DNA of 61,538 nucleotides from Longimicrobiales bacterium (GCA_041579355.1 JBFGFY010000001.1:1-61538); one strand, 5' to 3'. Shown: positions 37,738-47,328, counted from the first letter of the stretch. Made by a program: numbers and translations. The notes: generated by a model not told the origin, from the sequence alone.

Positions 37738-39036
37738 CTAGCTCGGAATGGCGATCCACGCCAACACGCCCAGCAGGACGAGCTGGATGGCTATGAAGGG
37801 CATGGCCCCCCGGTAAATCGTCGTCGTGGAGATGTCGGTGGGTGTCACGCCGCGGAGGTAGAACAGGCTGAAGCCGAACGGAGGCGTCAAGAACGACGTC
37901 TGGAGGTTCACGGCGAGCACGATGCCAAGCCAGGTGAGGTCGATGCCGAGAGCCGCCGCCGCCGGCACGACGAGCGGCACGATGATGAAGGCAATCTCGA
38001 AGAAGTCGATGAAGAAGCCGAGTAGGAAGACGGCCAAGTTGACGACGATGAGGAACCCGAGCGCCCCTCCGGGCACACCCGTGAGAGCCCCTTCGATCCA
38101 CAGGTCGCCGTTGAAGCCCCGGAAGACGAGCGCGAAGGCGGTGGACCCGATGAGGAGAAAGACGACCATGATCGTGAGCCGGCTCGTCTCTTCCATGGCC
38201 CGCTGGAGCGCGGCGAGCGAGAGCGAGCGGTGGAGCGCCGCGAGGACGAGTGAGCCCACCGCGCCCAGCGCGCCGGCCTCGGTGGGCGTCGCGACGCCCG
38301 CGAAGATGCTCCCGAGCACGACCGCGATCAGCGCGAGCGGCGGGAGCAGGGAAACGAGCACGCGGCGCACGAGCGCCCAGCCCGACTCGCGCATCTCGAG
38401 CGGGAGCGCGGGCGCGACTTCGGGGCGCAGGAGCGCCACGATGGTCACGTAGAGCGCGTACACGCCGGTCAACACGAGGCCGGGGACGAGCGCGGCACGG
38501 AAGAGTGCGCCGACGCTCACACCCATCTGGTCGCCGAGCACGATGAGTACGATCGACGGCGGGATGATCTGCCCGAGCGTCCCCGCCGCCGAGATGACCC
38601 CCACGCTCAGCTCCGGCTGGTACCCGTTGCGGAGCATCACCGGCAGCGAGATGAGCCCCATGGCCGTGACGCTCGCCCCCACCACGCCCGTCGCGGCGGC
38701 GAGCAGAGCTCCGACCACGATCACGCCGATCGCGAGCCCACCTCGAAAGCGACCGAAGAGCACACCGATCGTCTCGAGCAGCCGCTCGGCGAGCTTGCTC
38801 TTCTCCAGCACGGCACCCATGAAGATGAAGAACGGCACCGCGAGGAGCGTGGAGTTCGACATCGTGCCGAAGGTGCGCTCCGGGAGCGCGAAGAGGAGCA
38901 CGAGATCGAAGGCCCCGAAGGCCGACCCGGCGAGCGCGAAGAGGAGCGCCGTGCCGCCGAGCGCGAACGCCACGGGGTACCCGGTGAAGATCATCGCGAG
39001 CACGCCGAAGAACATGGCGGGCCCCCAGAGGCTCAT
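37738..39036 (-). CDS. dctM: TRAP transporter large permease
   Basis: Track ORF trimmed to ATG 39036, which overlaps the dctQ stop (ATGA). About 12 TM; typical N-terminus MFFGVLAMIFTGYPVAFALGG. Confidence 0.9.
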   Translation of the reverse strand: MSLWGPAMFFGVLAMIFTGYPVAFALGGTALLFALAGSAFGAFDLVLLFALPERTFGTMSNSTLLAVPFFIFMGAVLEKSKLAERLLETIGVLFGRFRGGLAIGVIVVGALLAAATGVVGASVTAMGLISLPVMLRNGYQPELSVGVISAAGTLGQIIPPSIVLIVLGDQMGVSVGALFRAALVPGLVLTGVYALYVTIVALLRPEVAPALPLEMRESGWALVRRVLVSLLPPLALIAVVLGSIFAGVATPTEAGALGAVGSLVLAALHRSLSLAALQRAMEETSRLTIMVVFLLIGSTAFALVFRGFNGDLWIEGALTGVPGGALGFLIVVNLAVFLLGFFIDFFEIAFIIVPLVVPAAAALGIDLTWLGIVLAVNLQTSFLTPPFGFSLFYLRGVTPTDISTTTIYRGAMPFIAIQLVLLGVLAWIAIPS

Positions 39037-39677
39037 ACGTGTGCCTCCGGCTCCAGCCCGCCGTCGACCCCGACGTCCCCTCCGCGGATCACCTCGATCT
39101 GTTTTACGAGCTGAGCGAGCGCTTGGAGGACCAAGAGGCCGAACGACACCAGGATTAGCGCCTTGATCGGCCAGCGAGGCAGGCCACCCGGATCGGGAGA
39201 CGTCTCGCGGATCTGCCAGGAGGCCCGCACCGCGGGGTACGAGACCCAGAGCATCATCGCGGAGAATGGGATCAGGAAGAGCACCGTGCCGAGCAGATCG
39301 ACCCACGCCCGGGCTCGCCGGCTCAGCCGCTCATAGAGCACATCGACCCGTACGTGTACGTCGTGCTGGAGCGCGTACGCCGCGCCGAGCAGGAAGATCA
39401 CGCTGAACATGTACCACTGGAGCTCGGTCGCCGGCGTCAGGTTCAACGTGAGGCCGAGCGAGCGAGACGAGTACCGGCTCAGGGTGGCGAGCGCGCCGAG
39501 CAGCACCATCAGGAGCACGAGCCAATGGATCGCCTGGCCGATCCGGTCGTTCAGCGCGTCGACCCGCCGCGCCAGCCCCAGGAGGGAACGCACTACCCGC
39601 GGCTGCGGCCGCGCTGGCGACCTGCTGTCCGCGGCAGCACTAGAGGAGATAGCCCCCGTCGATCGGAATGACGGCAC
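39033..39677 (-). CDS. dctQ: TRAP transporter small permease
   Basis: Four-TM small subunit immediately upstream of dctM. Start uncertain: ATG 39677 overlaps the upstream SDR gene by 38 nt, and GTG 39593 is an alternative. Confidence 0.7.
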   Translation of the reverse strand: MPSFRSTGAISSSAAADSRSPARPQPRVVRSLLGLARRVDALNDRIGQAIHWLVLLMVLLGALATLSRYSSRSLGLTLNLTPATELQWYMFSVIFLLGAAYALQHDVHVRVDVLYERLSRRARAWVDLLGTVLFLIPFSAMMLWVSYPAVRASWQIRETSPDPGGLPRWPIKALILVSFGLLVLQALAQLVKQIEVIRGGDVGVDGGLEPEAHV

Positions 39678-40566
39678 CCGTGATGTGGCGCGCCGATTCC
39701 GAGCAGAGAAAGAGGATCACGCTCGAGACGTCCTGAGGGTCCCCGAGACGGCCGAGCGCCGACTCCTCCCGCGCGCGGTCGAGCACGTCCGACGGGACGT
39801 TCTCCGTCAGCCGCGTGGTCCGGATATAGCCAGGTGCAACCGCGTTCACGTTGATGTTCATCGGGCCCAGCTCCACCGCCGAGCTGTGCGTGAGGCCGAT
39901 CAGCGCCGCCTTCGAGGCCGCGTAGTTCGAGATGCCGAACACCGACCGGATGCCGTGGACGGAGCTCACGTTCACGATCTTGCCGAACTCCTGGGCTCGC
40001 ATGATCGGAGCCACCGAGCGTGTGAAGTAGAACGCGCCGTCGAGGTTCGTCCGCACGACCGACTCCCACTCGTGGTCCTCCATGCGCCAGAGCGGGCGGT
40101 CCCGGCTGACCCCGGCGTTGTTCACGAGGATGTGCACGGTGCCCAGCTCCTCCTGCGTCTCCGCGACGAAGCGGCGGACGTCGTGCGACTCACGCACGTC
40201 ACAGGCGCGGAAGTAGAGCCGGACCTCGGCCTCGCGCAGCAAGCGCGCGGTCTCGTGGGCGTCGACGCGTGACTTGGAGCCCGAGTCGAGGAAGCAGAAG
40301 GCGATGTCGACGCCGCACCGTGCCAGGTCGAGCGCGACCGCGCGACCGATGCCGCTCGAGGCTCCCGTCACGATGGCAACCCGGCCGCGGAGCCCGGATA
40401 CGTCTAAGAGGGGATGCGGCTGTACCTCCGTGCCCACTTCGTCGAGGAGCTGCTCCACGACGCGCGTGACGCCCTCGGGTGTACCGGTCACCAGCTCGGC
40501 GCCGTTCGCGCCGCCTGGGCCGGCCGACGGGCCGTGTGGTTCGAGCGGGTCGGCGGGGCTGGACAT
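39640..40566 (-). CDS. SDR-family oxidoreductase (FabG-like)
   Basis: TGASSGIGRA cofactor motif, NNAG, and catalytic YAASKAAL. Track ORF trimmed to ATG 40566. Confidence 0.85.
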   Translation of the reverse strand: MSSPADPLEPHGPSAGPGGANGAELVTGTPEGVTRVVEQLLDEVGTEVQPHPLLDVSGLRGRVAIVTGASSGIGRAVALDLARCGVDIAFCFLDSGSKSRVDAHETARLLREAEVRLYFRACDVRESHDVRRFVAETQEELGTVHILVNNAGVSRDRPLWRMEDHEWESVVRTNLDGAFYFTRSVAPIMRAQEFGKIVNVSSVHGIRSVFGISNYAASKAALIGLTHSSAVELGPMNINVNAVAPGYIRTTRLTENVPSDVLDRAREESALGRLGDPQDVSSVILFLCSESARHITGAVIPIDGGYLL

Positions 40567-40620
40567 GACGGCACAGGCTACGTGCAGAAACACCTGTTCC
40601 GCAACGTCGGATGCGGGTTC

Positions 40621-41619
40621 CTAGGCTCCCTCGACGACCGAGTGGTCGGTCACGAGGAAGGTCCCCGAAGACGACACGATGCGCGCGTGCGCCCCCACGA
40701 TGGAGTGGCGGATCGTGGACCCCTCCAGCACGGCGCCGGGCCCCACGACGGTGTGCTCGATCTCACAGTCCACCACGCTCGTGCCTTCCTCTAGCGTCAC
40801 GTTGGGACCGATGCGCCCCCCGCGCAGCCGCACGCCGGCCTCGATCCTCACGGGCTCGACGATCTCCGCGCCCTCGACTTTCGCGGTCGGGTCGACGCCT
40901 CCCCTTCCCGTCCCGATGAGGTGGCCGTTCGTCTCGAGCAGCGTCTCGGGCTTGCCGGCGTCCCACCACCCCCGCACAGGCGCGGTGGCGATGCGCCCCC
41001 CGTGATCGACCATGTACTGGAACGCGTCGGTGAGATAGAACTCGCCACCGGGTCCGGGATCGATTCCAAGCGTGTGGTGGATCCCTTCGAAGAGGAGTTG
41101 CCACTCACGGATGTAGTAGAGGCCGATGTTGGCGAGCTTGGAGACGGGCTCCTTCGGCTTCTCGACGATGCGGGCCATGGTGCCGTCGTCGTTCGTCACG
41201 ATCACGCCGTAGCGCTGGTAATCCTCGACCTCCTTGGCCCAGATCACGCCCGCGTACTCGGGGCCGAGCGAGGCGATCCTTCCGTAGTCGACCTCGAGCA
41301 CAGCGTCGGGAAAGGCGATGAGGAGATCTTCGTCCACGAACGGCTCCGCGAGCGCGATCGCCCCGGCCGTCCCGTCCTGGACCTCCTGTAGCACGTAGTG
41401 GCTCGTCAGGTCGGGGTACTCGGCGTCGATCCAGGCCTCGCACTCCTCACGCAGGTGGCCCACGATGAAGACCATCTCGTCGATCCCGAGTGCAAGGAGG
41501 TCGTCGAGGATGTAGGCGAGAACGGGCTTTCCGGCGACCTTCAGGAGTGGCTTGGGGGTATGGTGCGTGTGCGGGCGCAGGCGAGTGCCTTTGCCCGCGA
41601 GTGGAATCACGGCTTTCAT
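40621..41619 (-). CDS. sugar-phosphate nucleotidyltransferase with C-terminal left-handed beta-helix
   Basis: Track ORF trimmed to ATG 41619 (MKAVIPLAGKGTRLRP, G-x-G-T-R motif). C-terminal hexapeptide-like repeats. Confidence 0.85.
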   Translation of the reverse strand: MKAVIPLAGKGTRLRPHTHHTPKPLLKVAGKPVLAYILDDLLALGIDEMVFIVGHLREECEAWIDAEYPDLTSHYVLQEVQDGTAGAIALAEPFVDEDLLIAFPDAVLEVDYGRIASLGPEYAGVIWAKEVEDYQRYGVIVTNDDGTMARIVEKPKEPVSKLANIGLYYIREWQLLFEGIHHTLGIDPGPGGEFYLTDAFQYMVDHGGRIATAPVRGWWDAGKPETLLETNGHLIGTGRGGVDPTAKVEGAEIVEPVRIEAGVRLRGGRIGPNVTLEEGTSVVDCEIEHTVVGPGAVLEGSTIRHSIVGAHARIVSSSGTFLVTDHSVVEGA

Positions 41620-41716
41620 GCGGGATTTGCCTGGCGATGGACGAGGGCGCCACACTATATCCGTTCACGCTGAGGAGCGGGAGTCTGGCACCGTCGACGC
41701 CGAAGGGAGCGACACG

Positions 41717-42523
41717 ATGAGGGGTTCCCGGCAGTACTTCACGCTCGCGTTCGCGCTCGCCGCGTGCGCGGGCCCCGGCGTCCAGGGGCAAGCGGGCGCA
41801 CCGCCACCCGTCGAGCGCGTGGCCCCGAACATCTACGAGCTGTCACCCGAGCAGATCGCGGTGGCACAGCAGGCATCGGCACAGGAAGCGCCCTTCATCG
41901 AGGTGAACGGGCAGGCGACGGTCGAGCTCCCCGCCGATCGGGCCGAGATCTCCTTCGCCGTGGAAACGCGGGGACGGGAGGCGCAGGCGGCGTCCGCGGC
42001 GAACGCCAACCAGATGTCGCGGATCTACGCAGCCCTTCGCGGCGGCAACTTCTCGGGCCTCCAGCTCGAGACCTTCGGGTACTCGCTCCAACCCGAGTAC
42101 TCCATGAACGAACAGCGAGTGCGCTCGATCATCGGCTACGTGGCACACAACACCGTGCGCGCGACCGTCTCGAACGTGCAGGACGTGGGGCGGCTCATCG
42201 ATGTCGCGGTCGGGGCGGGCGCGAACCGCGTCGCGAGCATCCAGTTCTCGGCGTCGAACACGGAGGCGGCCCGTCTGCAGGCGATCGCCGAAGCCGTCCG
42301 CAACGCCAGGACCCAGGCGGAAGCCATCGCTGGGGCACTCGGCTACACGCTCGGCGGACCGCTCGAGATCCGGGGCGGCGCCCAGCGGCCACCACCGATC
42401 ATGCTGGACGCCGTACGCATGCAGGCGCAGGCAGCGCCCACGCCCATCGAGGCGGGGAGCCAGACCGTCGACGCGAACGTCACCGTGCGGTTCGCGATCG
42501 GGAGCGAGGCCGCCCGGCGTTGA
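41717..42523 (+). CDS. SIMPL-domain (DUF541) periplasmic protein
   Basis: Track ORF trimmed to ATG 41717 with a GAAGGGAG RBS. Signal peptide. VNGQATVELPADRAEISFAVE is typical of SIMPL proteins. Confidence 0.8.
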   Translation: MRGSRQYFTLAFALAACAGPGVQGQAGAPPPVERVAPNIYELSPEQIAVAQQASAQEAPFIEVNGQATVELPADRAEISFAVETRGREAQAASAANANQMSRIYAALRGGNFSGLQLETFGYSLQPEYSMNEQRVRSIIGYVAHNTVRATVSNVQDVGRLIDVAVGAGANRVASIQFSASNTEAARLQAIAEAVRNARTQAEAIAGALGYTLGGPLEIRGGAQRPPPIMLDAVRMQAQAAPTPIEAGSQTVDANVTVRFAIGSEAARR

Positions 42524-42951
42524 AGGGGATCCTGAGGGGTCTCACGGAGAACGGGGCCACGACGGACCCCACCTCGGAGGACCGGCGACTCCTCGGACGA
42601 ACCTATGCGATCCCCTTCGACGACGTCTGGAACTCCGCCGTCCGGCTCGTGTCTGGTGAGCTCCGGGGCTGGGACCTGCGCACCGCCGACGACCAGGAGG
42701 GCATCATCGAGGGGAACGTTCAGCCGCTGCTCTTCGGAAGCCTATGCGACGTGCTCGTCGAAGTGGGCCTCGACGAGAACGCGCAGACACGGGTGGATGT
42801 CAGGGCGAGAGTGCAGGGAAGCCGTGCCGATTTCGGGCGAAGCCGCCGCGCGATCGGACGCTTCTTCCGGACGCTCGACCGGACGCTCGACGTGAAGGAC
42901 GGGCAGATCCTGGACCCGCTGCGCGCGCCGGCATGGATCGAGCCCAACTAG
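42520..42951 (+). CDS. DUF1499-like protein
   Basis: This is the only coding-looking part of track ORF 41764-42951. A TTG start overlaps the SIMPL stop (TTGA). The ..FDDVW..LFGSLCDVLVEV..SRADFGRSRRAIGRF.. pattern resembles DUF1499. Confidence 0.5.
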   Translation: MKGILRGLTENGATTDPTSEDRRLLGRTYAIPFDDVWNSAVRLVSGELRGWDLRTADDQEGIIEGNVQPLLFGSLCDVLVEVGLDENAQTRVDVRARVQGSRADFGRSRRAIGRFFRTLDRTLDVKDGQILDPLRAPAWIEPN

Positions 42952-43940
42952 CCGAGGATCGTCCGGGCTCGGCCGGCGGGAGTAGGACGCCCCGCCCGTC
43001 GAGTCGGCAGCTCCTCGCGATACTCGCGGTCGGGCTCGTGGCGTGCGGCGAGCCAGCGCCCGAGCCCCAGGCAGCGCCCGCGGGAGCGGATGCGGGCGGC
43101 GATGGCGCGGCCGGCGCCAACCCGGTGTACGAGCAGAGCTTCGTCTTCGCCAGCGTGAGCGAGGACAGCGTCTTCCTCGTCCCCTGGCTCATGCGCACGA
43201 CCGTGCGCCCGGACACGATCATCCGCGAGGCCCACGGCTGGTTGGAGCGGAGCGGCACCTGGGACGCTTTCTACTCGGCGACATGGGCCACGGCCCCGAC
43301 GCGAACCCCGGCCCGGATTCTCCCGTACGGGAACCTGAGACTGCTCGTGCAAGAGGGCGACGTGGTGGACGGCATCATCTTCGAGCAGGGTGCGCGGCGC
43401 CTGGAGCTCACGATGGGCGACTCACGTGCGAGCTGGGGCGGGCCACGCGGTGAAGCGGTCGAGCTCGTCGACGGCGTCGCCTTCCTCGCGGACGAGCGGG
43501 TCGCGGGGGTCATCCTGCACATGGCGCGGGCGTCGGCCGGGCGGTCCCCCCCGGGAGGCGACTGGGCGCTTCTGGCGTCGGGCGACTCGGTGGTGCTGGT
43601 GCTCGCCGCCGACGAAGAGCACGGTGGCCCCGAGCGCCCCGTGTACCGCGTCTGGGCGGACCTGGGCCAGAACGAGCGCGTCTGGACGGACGTCACCGTG
43701 GATTGGAGCGCGACTCAGGCCTTCCCTCCCGCCCGCCGGGACGTGCCCGTGGCGTGGCGCCTCGGCTCGCCCGATCGGCAGCTGCAGGCCGAGCTCGAGG
43801 TCGCGTCGGCGGACATCGATGCGGGCACCGGCCCGGGCCCCCTGCTGCCGGTGCGTGCGTTGTATGCCGTCGTCGGCCAGGTGCGCATGGAGGGCTCCCT
43901 CTACCAGATGAGGGGCCTCTTGGTCCACGAGAGGCGGTGA
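42933..43940 (+). CDS. hypothetical lipoprotein
   Basis: Track ORF trimmed to ATG 42933. Lipobox LLAILAVGLVAC. No recognised domain. Confidence 0.55.
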   Translation: MDRAQLAEDRPGSAGGSRTPRPSSRQLLAILAVGLVACGEPAPEPQAAPAGADAGGDGAAGANPVYEQSFVFASVSEDSVFLVPWLMRTTVRPDTIIREAHGWLERSGTWDAFYSATWATAPTRTPARILPYGNLRLLVQEGDVVDGIIFEQGARRLELTMGDSRASWGGPRGEAVELVDGVAFLADERVAGVILHMARASAGRSPPGGDWALLASGDSVVLVLAADEEHGGPERPVYRVWADLGQNERVWTDVTVDWSATQAFPPARRDVPVAWRLGSPDRQLQAELEVASADIDAGTGPGPLLPVRALYAVVGQVRMEGSLYQMRGLLVHERR

Positions 43941-43944
43941 TCGG

Positions 43945-45516
43945 GTGCCCGACGAGCTCTTCCGAGCGCTCATCACCATCGGCTTCGGGGCGCTCGCCGG
44001 TGGGTTGACGAACTCCGTCGCCATCTGGATGCTCTTCCACCCCTACGAGCCGCCACGCGTGCTCGGCCGCTGGCGGCTGCGCTTCTTCCAAGGGGCGATT
44101 CCCAAGAGCCAAGCGCGCCTCGCCGCCGCGATCGGCCGTACCGTCGGCAACCGCCTGCTCACCCCCGAAGACCTGACGGGAACCTTCGCAGACCGCGAGT
44201 TCCGCGACGCCTTCGACGAGAAGCTCGCGCACGTCGTCGACGAAGTCCTGAACCGCGAGCGCGGTTCGGTGCGCGAGATGATCCCCGCCGCCGTGCGGGC
44301 CGACGTCGACGCGCTCGTCGAAGAAGCGCTCGAGCGCGGGCTTGCGCAGCTCCGCGAGTACGTCGATTCCGACGGGTTCGAGCAGTCGGTCGGCCGCAGG
44401 GCGGACGACATCGTCGCCGCCGTCGCGGACGAGCCGATCGGCGGTGTGCTGACGCCGACGCGGGGAGCCGCGGTCGAGGCGATGGTCGAGGAGTGGCTCC
44501 AGAGTGCCGTCGAGAGTGATGATTTCTCGGCGGCCGTCGATGATTACCTCGACCGCGCCGCTCGCAAGCTGCTCACGCCGGGCAAGACGTTCGAGGAGAT
44601 CCTGCCGCTCGGGCTCGTCGGGTCGGTCGAAAAAGCCATCGCGAGCTACCTCCCGCTCGCTGCCGAGCGCCTCGGCGGCCTGCTGGAGGACCCCAAGGCT
44701 CGGGCGCGCTTCGAGGCGACGATCCACGACCTCCTGCACCGGTTCCTGCGCGACCTCAAGTTCCACCAGCGCGTGGTCGCCCGGCTGGTCATGACCGAGG
44801 ACACCGTAGACCGCGTGCTCGACACGATCGAAGCCGAGGGCGCAGACCGTCTCTCCGAGATCTTGCGGGACCCGGCCGTGCAGGACGCCATGGCTCGCGG
44901 CGTCAACGAGGCGATCGTCGACTTCCTCCGCCGGCCGGTGGCGAGCGTGCTCGGGAGTCCCGACGACCCCAACGTCACAGAGGCGAAGCAAACCCTGGCG
45001 GGATGGGTCGTGGCAATGGCGCGCGACCCGGCGACCCGCGAGTTCCTCGTGGAGAAGCTCCGTCAGGGCATCGACAAGGCGGGCGCACGCACGTGGGGGG
45101 AGGTGTTGCAGAGGGTGCCGCGGGAGCGGATCGCCGAGGTGTTGGTGGCGGCGGCCCGCGCCGAGGGCACCCGCAAGGCGGTGGAGGCCGGCGCCCGCCG
45201 CCTCGTGGCCAGAATCCTCGACCAGCCCATCGGAACCCCGGCCCGCTGGCTGCCGGCCGACGGAGCCGCGCGCATCGAGGGCGCCCTCGCGGACCCCCTG
45301 TGGGAGTGGCTCCAGACGCAGGTGCCGAACGTGGTCGAGCGCATCGACGTGGCGCGCCGGGTCGAGGAGAAGGTCCTCCACTTTCCGATGCCACGCATGG
45401 AGGAGATCGTACGCCGCGTCACGGACAGGGAGCTGCGCCTGATCGTGCGGCTGGGCTACCTGCTGGGGGCCGTGATCGGCGTCGCGCTCGTGCTCATCGA
45501 CGCGCTATTGGCCTGA
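43945..45516 (+). CDS. DUF445-family membrane protein
   Basis: GTG start. N-terminal TM with GGLTNSVAIWMLFHPYEP, a long helical middle, and a C-terminal TM (LGYLLGAVIGVALVLI), as in DUF445/YheB-like proteins. Confidence 0.75.
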   Translation: MPDELFRALITIGFGALAGGLTNSVAIWMLFHPYEPPRVLGRWRLRFFQGAIPKSQARLAAAIGRTVGNRLLTPEDLTGTFADREFRDAFDEKLAHVVDEVLNRERGSVREMIPAAVRADVDALVEEALERGLAQLREYVDSDGFEQSVGRRADDIVAAVADEPIGGVLTPTRGAAVEAMVEEWLQSAVESDDFSAAVDDYLDRAARKLLTPGKTFEEILPLGLVGSVEKAIASYLPLAAERLGGLLEDPKARARFEATIHDLLHRFLRDLKFHQRVVARLVMTEDTVDRVLDTIEAEGADRLSEILRDPAVQDAMARGVNEAIVDFLRRPVASVLGSPDDPNVTEAKQTLAGWVVAMARDPATREFLVEKLRQGIDKAGARTWGEVLQRVPRERIAEVLVAAARAEGTRKAVEAGARRLVARILDQPIGTPARWLPADGAARIEGALADPLWEWLQTQVPNVVERIDVARRVEEKVLHFPMPRMEEIVRRVTDRELRLIVRLGYLLGAVIGVALVLIDALLA

Positions 45517-45535
45517 CCCCGACCCTCGCCACCGC

Positions 45536-45793
45536 TTAGCGGCGGTCTCGCTTCTCGGGCGCCTCGAGCCGGAAACCTCGCCGCCGGGTCGGCTTCGGCG
45601 GCCTGCCACTGGCGCTCAGCTTGCGCTGGATCCAGGCGAGCGGAGAGATCTCTCGCTTCTGCCTGCGACGCCGCGTGCCTCCCCCGCGCTCCATGAGGCG
45701 CTCGATGTCGTCGGAGGTCTGCTGATAGCGGCCCGGCAGCCCGAACCAGATGCCTACGGCGAGGCCGAGGATGCCCAGGACGAGGAGGGCCAT
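45536..45793 (-). CDS. small single-TM protein with a highly basic tail
   Basis: Track ORF trimmed to ATG 45793 (MALLVLGILGLAVGIWFGLP), followed by an Arg/Lys-rich tail. It lies 5 nt downstream of the preceding small ORF. Confidence 0.4.
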   Translation of the reverse strand: MALLVLGILGLAVGIWFGLPGRYQQTSDDIERLMERGGGTRRRRQKREISPLAWIQRKLSASGRPPKPTRRRGFRLEAPEKRDRR

Positions 45794-45798
45794 CCTTG

Positions 45799-45951
45799 CT
45801 ACTTCTGCTGCGTGACCGTCTCCAGCACCAGCAAGCCCAGCCCGATGGAGAGGATGATCGCGACGGCGTTCGTGCCGACGGCGACGAGAGCCACGACCGT
45901 CCAGAAGATCAGGTGCGTGAAGAGGTAGCCGCCGGGTAGGAAATCGCGCAT
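45799..45951 (-). CDS. small two-TM protein
   Basis: ATG 45951 (MRDFLPGGYLFTHLIFWTVVALVAVG..AIILSIGLGLLVL). Supported only by hydrophobicity and operon position. Confidence 0.35.
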   Translation of the reverse strand: MRDFLPGGYLFTHLIFWTVVALVAVGTNAVAIILSIGLGLLVLETVTQQK

Positions 45952-46008
45952 CGGTCGCCGTGGTGGTGTGGTTTCGTCGCCCAAATATGCCCGCCCACCC
46001 GGGCGGTG

Positions 46009-46776
46009 TCACCCCCGCGGGAGGGCGTCAGGGGCGTGAACCCGCAGCTCCTCGGGGGGCGCCACGAGCTCCGCGGCCTCTACGCGCAGGCGCTCCAGCA
46101 GGGCCGAGAGCGCCCGGCGGCGTCCCTTTACCTGCACGCGGTAGATCTCCCGGGCGGCGATGTAGCCGATCGCGGTCACGCCGAGCGGAAAGGCGATCGC
46201 GAACGCCGCCGAGCCGAGAGCGCCGACCCCGACGCCGATGCCCACACCGATCCCGAGGCCGCCGCCGCCGCCCCCGACCATGCCGCCGAAGAGCTGGCTG
46301 GCGAGACCCTGAAGGCGCTCCTCGATGCGGATGCGCGTCTCCCCGTTCCGCGCGCTCACGACCACCATGGTGGAGCGCGTCTTGGAGGGGGTCTCGACCC
46401 GCCACGTGAGCGTGCGGCCGAGAAGGCTCGCCTGGCCGTGCTCGGTCACGATGTGCTGGATGACCGGAACGAGCTGCTCACACCCGGTCGCGTCGATCTC
46501 GCCGGGCACCACGGCCTCGAGCGTCAACAGGAGTGACTCGCCGGCGAGCTTCTCCGCCAGGGATTCGCCGGCGGATCCGCTCTCCAGCTCGACGGCCGCG
46601 CGGCGGAGGTGCCGTGGGTCGATCCCCGCCTCGAGCGCGATGGCCTCCAGCTCCGAAAGGGACATGCCGGTCGGGCCCGCCCCCGTCGGCTCGGCGAGCT
46701 GGATCTCGGTCGCCCGCTTCAGGAGCCGTCCGATCTCCTCCTCGCTGTAACGGCGGGTCGCGCCTTCGTCGCTCAC
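46009..46776 (-). CDS. hypothetical protein with a glycine-zipper membrane segment
   Basis: GTG start with a GAGGAGGG RBS. Soluble N-terminal domain, then GGMVGGGGGGLGIGVGIGVGVGALGSAAFAIAFPLG. Confidence 0.6.
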   Translation of the reverse strand: MSDEGATRRYSEEEIGRLLKRATEIQLAEPTGAGPTGMSLSELEAIALEAGIDPRHLRRAAVELESGSAGESLAEKLAGESLLLTLEAVVPGEIDATGCEQLVPVIQHIVTEHGQASLLGRTLTWRVETPSKTRSTMVVVSARNGETRIRIEERLQGLASQLFGGMVGGGGGGLGIGVGIGVGVGALGSAAFAIAFPLGVTAIGYIAAREIYRVQVKGRRRALSALLERLRVEAAELVAPPEELRVHAPDALPRG

Positions 46777-46793
46777 GACAGCCCCTACCCTCC

Positions 46794-47273
46794 TCAGTCG
46801 ATCGCGCCCGCAGCCCCACTCCCCTCTTCGGCGCGCTTGCGCGCCTCTGCCAGGTATCCGGGCTCCAGACGCAGGAGATTACAGATCTTCCGCATGAGGT
46901 AGTCCTCCTTACCCGCGAGCTCGCCGTCGGAGTAGACGAGGCCCCACATGATCTCCGCGAGCACCATCTTCTGACCGACCGAGTAGCTCTCCGCGATCAG
47001 GTTGGTGAACTGCCAGAGATCGACGGCCTGCGCACGCTCCTGCTCGGCGAGCTGGAGCAGGCGCTCGGCGTCCGCCGGCGCCAGGCCGAACTGACGGCGC
47101 ACCGCCGACTCGAGGTGGCGGCGCTCCTCGTCCGTGAACTCCTCGTCGGCGTGCGCCAGCTCCAGCAGGAGCGCGCAGGCCGCCAGCCGTATGTCCTTTC
47201 GGGCCTCCGGCGCCTCTGGCCTCGCCACCGGGCTCATCGAAGAGCCAAAGAACCGCTTGATCGCCTCGAGCAT
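46794..47273 (-). CDS. TerB-family (tellurite-resistance TerB / DjlA N-terminal-like) protein
   Basis: Motifs LLELAHADEEFTDEERRHL and LVYSDGELAGKEDYLMRKI. RBS GGGAGAGGAG. Confidence 0.8.
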   Translation of the reverse strand: MLEAIKRFFGSSMSPVARPEAPEARKDIRLAACALLLELAHADEEFTDEERRHLESAVRRQFGLAPADAERLLQLAEQERAQAVDLWQFTNLIAESYSVGQKMVLAEIMWGLVYSDGELAGKEDYLMRKICNLLRLEPGYLAEARKRAEEGSGAAGAID

Positions 47274-47297
47274 CTCCTCTCCCGACTTGTCGAAATG

Positions 47298-47318
47298 GCC
47301 GGGCGGAAGTCGCCCGGC
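47298..47318 (-). terminator. GC-rich intercistronic hairpin between the permease and terB genes (possible attenuator or processing site)
   Basis: GCCGGGCG-GAAGT-CGCCCGGC (8-bp stem). On the minus strand it is followed by only a weak T-run (CCATTTCG). Confidence 0.3.
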
Positions 47319-47328
47319 TGCGTCACGC

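Noticed and set aside
41686-41700. Sigma-54-like TGGCACCGTCGACGC upstream of the SIMPL gene, with perfect -24 and correct spacing.
   Set aside because: The -12 element lacks the TT. The predicted transcription start (about 41711) would also fall downstream of the obvious GAAGGGAG ribosome-binding site (41702-41709), leaving a 5-nt leader. This is most likely a chance match in GC-rich DNA.
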